DNA of 64,000 bases, taken from positions 640,001 through 704,000 of the forward strand of contig CAVTBR010000001.1 in the NCBI GenBank assembly GCA_963733055.1, read 5' to 3'. The translations under genes were made by a program, and so were the position numbers. Origin of the DNA: Candidatus Bathyarchaeota archaeon. GTDB taxonomy: Archaea > Thermoproteota > Bathyarchaeia > 40CM-2-53-6. Position 1 is the first letter of the stretch, and each line of letters opens with the position of its first letter. Of the stretch, positions 58,670 through 64,000 are shown one piece after another. The notes under the pieces were generated by a model. It saw only the letters and a program-made list of their open reading frames with translations, made no database searches and had not been told where the DNA came from.

Positions 58670-59007
58670 TTGCCACATGGATTTTTGATGATGCCAGCTC
58701 CTTGCCCTGAATCAGGTAAGAAAGCGCATTATTTCATTACAATGGTAAAATTCAATCCGGGAAAGGTGCGATGGACTTTATGAAAGCAGCGGATAGCGCG
58801 GATAAAACGCTGCCCGGTGGAACCAGACATAGTCGCGGTATACATGAAGAGATGACCTTCGTAACCTTGGGGCAGTATGATATGGTGATGATATGGTACG
58901 CACCGGATCTGTCTACTATGGTCAAGTACTGGCAGGAACTGCTGGACGCGTGCGGCGCCGACCTTGGAAAAACTGAGACGCTAGTAGCAGTTTCAAAAGG
59001 CGCTTAG
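58670..59007 (+). pseudogene. GYD-domain protein with an apparent single-base frameshift near 58765
   Basis: A GAGGTGA SD and TTG at 58670 give MPHGFLMMPAPCPESGKKAHYFITMVKFNPGK, a GYD-like first strand. The C-part (TLGQYDMVMI..AP, KTETLVA) is in another frame from 58771. Confidence 0.55.
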
Positions 59008-59112
59008 TCACATCGCGGCGACTGGAGACGTAATCTGGCTCCCTCTCTTTTTCTATCTCTTAATGTGAAGAGTTAAGTCAAGCATCGGCGCTTTCCTATC
59101 GGGGACCCGCTC

Positions 59113-59820
59113 GTGCAGATCCCGATAATTGACCGCTTAACTACTAGTGCCGTTCCAACCGGTTCGAACTTACTAGTCGAGTTCGATCCCGCCTCGCAAT
59201 GGTTTAACGCCTCCCTTACGATTGCCGCGGGATGGATAAAGAGCGGTGGAGGAGTCAGCTACAGCGTGTCCACGCAACCACCGGCCAAGATTCGGCTTAA
59301 ACTCAAACGTTTGGGGGTGGATACAGAGAGCTTAGAGGAGGAAGGGATGTTACGCATTTGGGATTGGTACTCTGCCACCCTAGGTCAGAAATCGAAGGAG
59401 AAACTCGCAATTACTTCGTTGAAAGTATCGGATCTGAGTATTTGGTATGCGCAACAGCAGTTGCAGGGTCCGTCACTATCGAACAAATTACTAATCATCG
59501 ATGATGGCTCGGTGGGAACTCGGTTCAACGATGAAAAGAATTGGACTGAATTTTCTATTACTCGAATATTCCCAATGGCTAAACTGCGAGATTGCACACT
59601 CCTGGGGAGCCTCTGTAGAGGGATTCATAGCGACTTTACCTATAGGCGGTTCGAAGCCGCGGCGGACGGTGTAATTGATTTCAAGTTAGATGAGACGGTT
59701 GATCCAGTTCAGAACTTGGTTCGAGTCAGATCGATGAAAGATATCGGGTTTGATGGACGTTGGCACCGGCTCAAAATTGGAGAGAACTTCGAAGTAACTC
59801 TGGAGCAGAGTGGGTCATGA
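59113..59820 (+). CDS. KaiC/RAD55-like RecA-fold protein with a degenerate Walker A
   Basis: IP.IDRL....VP.GSNLLVEFDPASQ (no GKT), I.DWYS, ADGVIDF, VRVRSMK. Confidence 0.7.
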   Translation: MQIPIIDRLTTSAVPTGSNLLVEFDPASQWFNASLTIAAGWIKSGGGVSYSVSTQPPAKIRLKLKRLGVDTESLEEEGMLRIWDWYSATLGQKSKEKLAITSLKVSDLSIWYAQQQLQGPSLSNKLLIIDDGSVGTRFNDEKNWTEFSITRIFPMAKLRDCTLLGSLCRGIHSDFTYRRFEAAADGVIDFKLDETVDPVQNLVRVRSMKDIGFDGRWHRLKIGENFEVTLEQSGS

Positions 59821-60009
59821 AACGAAAGGCTGCCGCGGAGCAACGAATTTTGGAGCCATTTGTGGTCGATTAACCAACTTGTGAGTCTGACTCAGGTCCA
59901 GTTTCGCTCATTCGGTAAAGAAGGGTCTTCTATGTAGAAGTATATGCTAAAAGTGCAGGATAATTAAAAGACGACAGTCTATTTTCATACTTTCCTTCAG
60001 GTATGAGAT

Positions 60010-61359
60010 TTGCAGACACTTACGAAAGAACAGCTTCTTGAGAAAGCGAAGAAACCCGCCCTAGACGCAATGAAACTCCACCCCTTCTACCACGGGAAGA
60101 TGGAGATTGTGCCCAAATGTGCGATACGCGACTTCAACGACTTCGCAATATGGTACACGCCCGGGGTTGCTGAACCGTGCAAGGCTATTGAGAAAGATGA
60201 GCGGCTCGTCTACGATTACACGAATAAGTGGAACATGGTTGCCATCGTAACTGACGGAACGAGAGTTCTAGGCTTAGGGGACATCGGCCCCAAAGGCGGA
60301 CTTCCGGTCATGGAAGGTAAGTCAATTCTATACAAGTATCTCGGAGGCGTAGACGCATTTCCAATATGTCTCGGAACGAAAGATCCCGACGAAATCATTA
60401 CGGCCGTGAAGTGGCTTCAACCCACATTCGGCGGAATCAACCTCGAAGATATCTCCCAGCCCAAATGCTTCCGTATACTAGACACCCTCCGGGCCACGGC
60501 TGAGATTCCAGTGTGGCACGACGACCAGCAAGGAACCGCAACAATCGTTCTCGCCGGACTCATAAACGCCCTACACCTAGTCGGCAAGAAGGCTCAGGAT
60601 GTAACGGTTTCATTGATCGGCGCGGGCGCATCAAATGTTGCATGCAGCAGGTTGATGTTCGCTTACGGAATCAAACCGGAGAATACCTTCGTGGTAGACA
60701 CGAAGGGTATACTTGGGCTCGAGAGGAAAGATATCGAAATGCGCAAGGCAGAGTTTGTCGACAAATGGCGCCTCTGCAGAACAACCAACAGCGAACAACG
60801 CAAAGGCGGACCGGCCGAAGCAATGAAAGACGCCGACGTATGCATAGCTCTGTCCAAACCTGGCCCTGACACAATCAAGAAGGAATGGGTCGCATCGATG
60901 AACAAAGATTCCATTCTCTTCGTCTGCGCAAACCCGATCCCGGAAATCTGGCCTTGGGAAGCGAAAGAGGCCGGTGCACGAGTAGTCGCCACGGGTCGAT
61001 CGGACTTTCCAAACCAAGTAAACAACTCGCTAGGATTCCCCGGAATATTCCGTGGAGCCCTGGATGTCAGAGCGCGGACAATAACCGACGATATGTGCAT
61101 CGCCGCCGCGAACGAACTGGCCCTATGCGCCCGCGAGAAAGGCCTGAGCGAGGATTACATCGCCCCCACGATGGACGAGTGGGAAGTCTACCCTAGGGAA
61201 GCGGTTGCGGTCGGGCTCAAAGCGCAGGAGGTGGGCGTGGCAGGCTTGAAACTCACGAAGTCCCAATTGCTTGAGACGGCTACGGCAATTATCAAGAGGT
61301 CAAGGGACATGACCCAGAATTCGATGAAGATGGGCTACATTCCTAAGGTTCCAGATTAG
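60010..61359 (+). CDS. NAD(P)-dependent malic enzyme
   Basis: YTPGVA, TDGTRVLGLGDIG, VMEGK, GGINLEDI, HDDQQGTA, GAGAS, ATGRSDFPNQVNN. Confidence 0.95.
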   Translation: MQTLTKEQLLEKAKKPALDAMKLHPFYHGKMEIVPKCAIRDFNDFAIWYTPGVAEPCKAIEKDERLVYDYTNKWNMVAIVTDGTRVLGLGDIGPKGGLPVMEGKSILYKYLGGVDAFPICLGTKDPDEIITAVKWLQPTFGGINLEDISQPKCFRILDTLRATAEIPVWHDDQQGTATIVLAGLINALHLVGKKAQDVTVSLIGAGASNVACSRLMFAYGIKPENTFVVDTKGILGLERKDIEMRKAEFVDKWRLCRTTNSEQRKGGPAEAMKDADVCIALSKPGPDTIKKEWVASMNKDSILFVCANPIPEIWPWEAKEAGARVVATGRSDFPNQVNNSLGFPGIFRGALDVRARTITDDMCIAAANELALCAREKGLSEDYIAPTMDEWEVYPREAVAVGLKAQEVGVAGLKLTKSQLLETATAIIKRSRDMTQNSMKMGYIPKVPD

Positions 61360-61374
61360 GAGGAAAAAAGAAAA

Positions 61375-62313
61375 ATGAAAAAAGAAACATCACAAAAAGC
61401 ATACGACCTAGTCATTATCGGCGGAGGCCCCGCGGGGCTAACTGCGGCAGCATACGCGATCAGAAAGCGAATTGAGACAATGCTCGTTAGTGAGAACTTG
61501 GGAGGAAAAACGAACTACAAGTTCACATTACCAGGCGTTGAAACCCACCCAATTATCGATGGGAAGGAACTCGTCAGTAAATTCAAAAGCCAAATCGAGT
61601 ACCTCGACTTCGCCCGTCAGCTAGACAAAGTCACGAAGATCGAGCGAACCAGCGATGAGTTCATTGTATCGACTAAGGGCGGCAAGACATTCAACAGCAG
61701 GGCCGTAATCATAGCCACCGGTGTAATGCCCAAACGACTAAACGTCCCCGGCGAAAAAGAGTTCTTGGGACGCGGCGTCAGCTATTCTGCAGTAAGCCAC
61801 GCCCCATTGTTCATCGATATGGAAGTGGCAGTTGTAGGCGATGGAATCACCGCGCTTCAAGCCGCAGCCGAACTCGCGCAGATAGCCAAGGAAGTGAAAG
61901 TAATTGGGGCGCAAAGCAAACTTGCCGATTCCGAGCTAGGCAAGAGGCTCAAAGCATCCGGCAAAGTAGAGTTCTTCGTCGAGTATGAGGTAGAGGAGAT
62001 TCGAGGAAAAGACGCAGTCGAGGAGATACTAATCAGACATAAGACCAACAAGACTGAGAAAGAGCTCAAGGTAAGTGGCGTCTTTGTCGAGTTGGGATAC
62101 GCTCCTGAGAAGGATCTGTACTCGCGCATGGTGAAAACCACGGCAGAAGGAAGAATCCTGATAAGCGAAAACAACCAAACCAACATACCAGGACTATTCG
62201 CAGCTGGAGACATAACAGACGTAAATGCACAGCAAGTCGTCATAGCAATAGGGGAAGGAGCAAACGCAGCCCTGAGCGCATGCAACTACTTATTGAGCCT
62301 CAAACCTCGATAA
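61375..62313 (+). CDS. Thioredoxin reductase-like FAD flavoprotein lacking the CxxC redox motif
   Basis: IIGGGPAG, IIATG, PGE.EF.GRGVSY followed by SAVSH in place of CATCD, TNIPGLFAAGD, AIGEG..AA. Confidence 0.85.
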   Translation: MKKETSQKAYDLVIIGGGPAGLTAAAYAIRKRIETMLVSENLGGKTNYKFTLPGVETHPIIDGKELVSKFKSQIEYLDFARQLDKVTKIERTSDEFIVSTKGGKTFNSRAVIIATGVMPKRLNVPGEKEFLGRGVSYSAVSHAPLFIDMEVAVVGDGITALQAAAELAQIAKEVKVIGAQSKLADSELGKRLKASGKVEFFVEYEVEEIRGKDAVEEILIRHKTNKTEKELKVSGVFVELGYAPEKDLYSRMVKTTAEGRILISENNQTNIPGLFAAGDITDVNAQQVVIAIGEGANAALSACNYLLSLKPR

Positions 62314-62797
62314 ACAAAGACCCTTCACTCTTTACGCACGATATCCCTAAGCTGACCCTCACCTCCTCCAGGGGGGGTACCGCCCAACAGCCATAGTACC
62401 ACCAGCCTACCGTAAGGGTCATTCCAGTAACTGCTTAGCCAGACAAAACCTCGCCATCCATCCAGCATGTCGAACCCGCCTAGAGAGAATCTAGTGGCCC
62501 ATCGTAGCACTCGATGTTTACAATCAGCGTTCATCTTGCGTCCGAAAATCCTTACTAATCTACCGAGTAGAATTTGCGGAGACTCTCCCTCTCTGATCGT
62601 TTCTCCAAGCCCCCTTAATACCGAGGTCAATGCTCCAATTATTGGTAGAACTAATGGTCAGAGGTGTTTACAATGAAGAAAAAGCAGAAAGTCAAAATGA
62701 TTAGAGCTCAAACGGAACCGATCCAACCGTCAACCCAAAGCGAGCAAGTAGCGTAAACCATCAATAACCGTCAGTCGAAGTCCCAAATGCCGCTGCC

Positions 62798-64000
62798 CTA
62801 CGGCCAGTCGCTATGGAAGTGCCCTGGCCTGTCTATTCGTTCGTATCCGTGTGCTCCGAACCGGTCTCGAAGTATCTGGATGAAGTTTGCGGGTGAACGT
62901 TCGGTCCGTAAACCATCATAATAGTCCAATGACGCTCCAATCGCCGGAACTGGCAAGCCTGCCTCCTTAGCAGTCCTGACCGAGTCCCGCCACCGATTCT
63001 CTAAACCGACGAGTAACTTTGCGAAGCCTTGATCCATCACTAGGTTCGGGAGATTGCCGTTGGTCTCGAAAGCATGCTGGATAGGATCAAGCATTCTAGC
63101 GCGGATTATGCAACCCCCTTTCCAAATTCGAGCTACATCCGCGAGCGGAACCATGTACTCATGCTCTTTGGATGCCGCACGCATCAGATGAAATCCCTGC
63201 GCATACGACATGCAGATCGAGGCGCGAACTGCGCCCTCTAACCTTTCCGTGAAATTCCCTGGAATCGAAACTTGATGTGGCTTTCTAAGCGGTTTGAATA
63301 TTTCGGCGACTTTCACACGGTCCTCTTTCAAACCCGAGAGGTTACGTGCGCTGACGGCTGCGTCGATTGTAGGTGTTGGAATTCCTAGGTCCATTGCGTT
63401 TTGCGAGGTCCACTTGCCAGTTCCCTTTTGTTGGGCCCGGTCCAGAATCAATGAAACTAATGGACGTTTTGTCGTTGGATCGATCTTCTCAAGAACTTCT
63501 ACTGCAATTTCCATTAAGAACGAGCTGAGTTCGCCCTCGTTCCATTCCTTGAAGACGTTTCTTGCTTGCTTAATGTTCAGGCCGGCGCCGCGTGCAAGCA
63601 GGTCATAGGCCTCTGTGATAATTTGGATTATGGCGTATTCGATTCCATTATGAACCATCTTAACGTAGTGACCGGCTCCTCTGGGGCCGAGATATTCGCA
63701 GCAAGGCCCATCAACTTGGGCCGCTACGCGTCCCAGCATTTCACGAACCAAATCGTACCCCTCACGCGACCCCCCGACCATAATACACGGTCCTTTCAGA
63801 GCCCCCTCTTCTCCACCGCTAACCCCAACGCCGAGGAACTGAATTCCCCGCCCCCCCATGTCAGCGCATCTTCGTTCAGTATCCTGGAAGAACGAATTGC
63901 CACCATCTATTACGACATCTCCACTCGACAGAAGCCCTGTCAAACTCGTGAGAGTTGCGTCTACTGCGGTTCCAGCCGTTACCATAAGGAAGATCCGACG
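62798..64000 (-). CDS. gnd: 6-phosphogluconate dehydrogenase (decarboxylating); 5' end lies beyond the window
   Basis: IDGGNS, GVSGGEEGA, GHYVKMVHNGIEY, QKGTGKWT, WKGGCIIRA, RDRFGAH. Confidence 0.95.
   Translation of the reverse strand, partial: RRIFLMVTAGTAVDATLTSLTGLLSSGDVVIDGGNSFFQDTERRCADMGGRGIQFLGVGVSGGEEGALKGPCIMVGGSREGYDLVREMLGRVAAQVDGPCCEYLGPRGAGHYVKMVHNGIEYAIIQIITEAYDLLARGAGLNIKQARNVFKEWNEGELSSFLMEIAVEVLEKIDPTTKRPLVSLILDRAQQKGTGKWTSQNAMDLGIPTPTIDAAVSARNLSGLKEDRVKVAEIFKPLRKPHQVSIPGNFTERLEGAVRASICMSYAQGFHLMRAASKEHEYMVPLADVARIWKGGCIIRARMLDPIQHAFETNGNLPNLVMDQGFAKLLVGLENRWRDSVRTAKEAGLPVPAIGASLDYYDGLRTERSPANFIQILRDRFGAHGYERIDRPGHFHSDWP

Noticed and set aside
62314-62797. ORFs in the gap between the TrxR-like gene and gnd, and in 58274-58660 and 42700-42975
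   Set aside because: No motifs, SD sites or consistent frame; they cannot be supported as genes.

Overview
Archaeal chromosomal window, probably TACK-group and possibly Bathyarchaeia. The assignment is an inference from NreA, NadM, a single-OB SSB with a Gly/Arg tail, an archaeosortase, a tRNA with bulge-helix-bulge (BHB) introns and frequent TTG/GTG starts. About 1-30 kb is a large cell-envelope glycosylation and protein-anchoring island. It holds about six GT-C-like polytopic membrane proteins (one PIG-V/mannosyltransferase-like), four GT2s and two GT4s, a pyruvyl-transferase-family protein, an RGP/UDP-arabinopyranose-mutase-family protein, an archaeosortase and two PEF-CTERM-like substrates. 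Embedded in it is an unusual tailoring set: a RiPP-type B12 radical SAM enzyme (CX7CX2C), an asparagine-synthetase-like protein lacking its N-terminal Cys, and a PP-loop/Cys-cluster protein. Three sub-blocks of the island are each bracketed by their own 18-25 bp direct repeat. About 30-64 kb is mostly housekeeping: nadM, alkyltransferase, nreA, ssb, an orphan ParB-like gene, mpg, folE-queD, a two-intron tRNA-Ser(CGA), gapN, acs with an acetate transporter, malic enzyme, a CxxC-less TrxR-like flavoprotein and gnd. Three genes carry single-base frameshifts. No CRISPR array, integrase or transposase was seen. All family calls come from motif recognition by eye, not from database searches.
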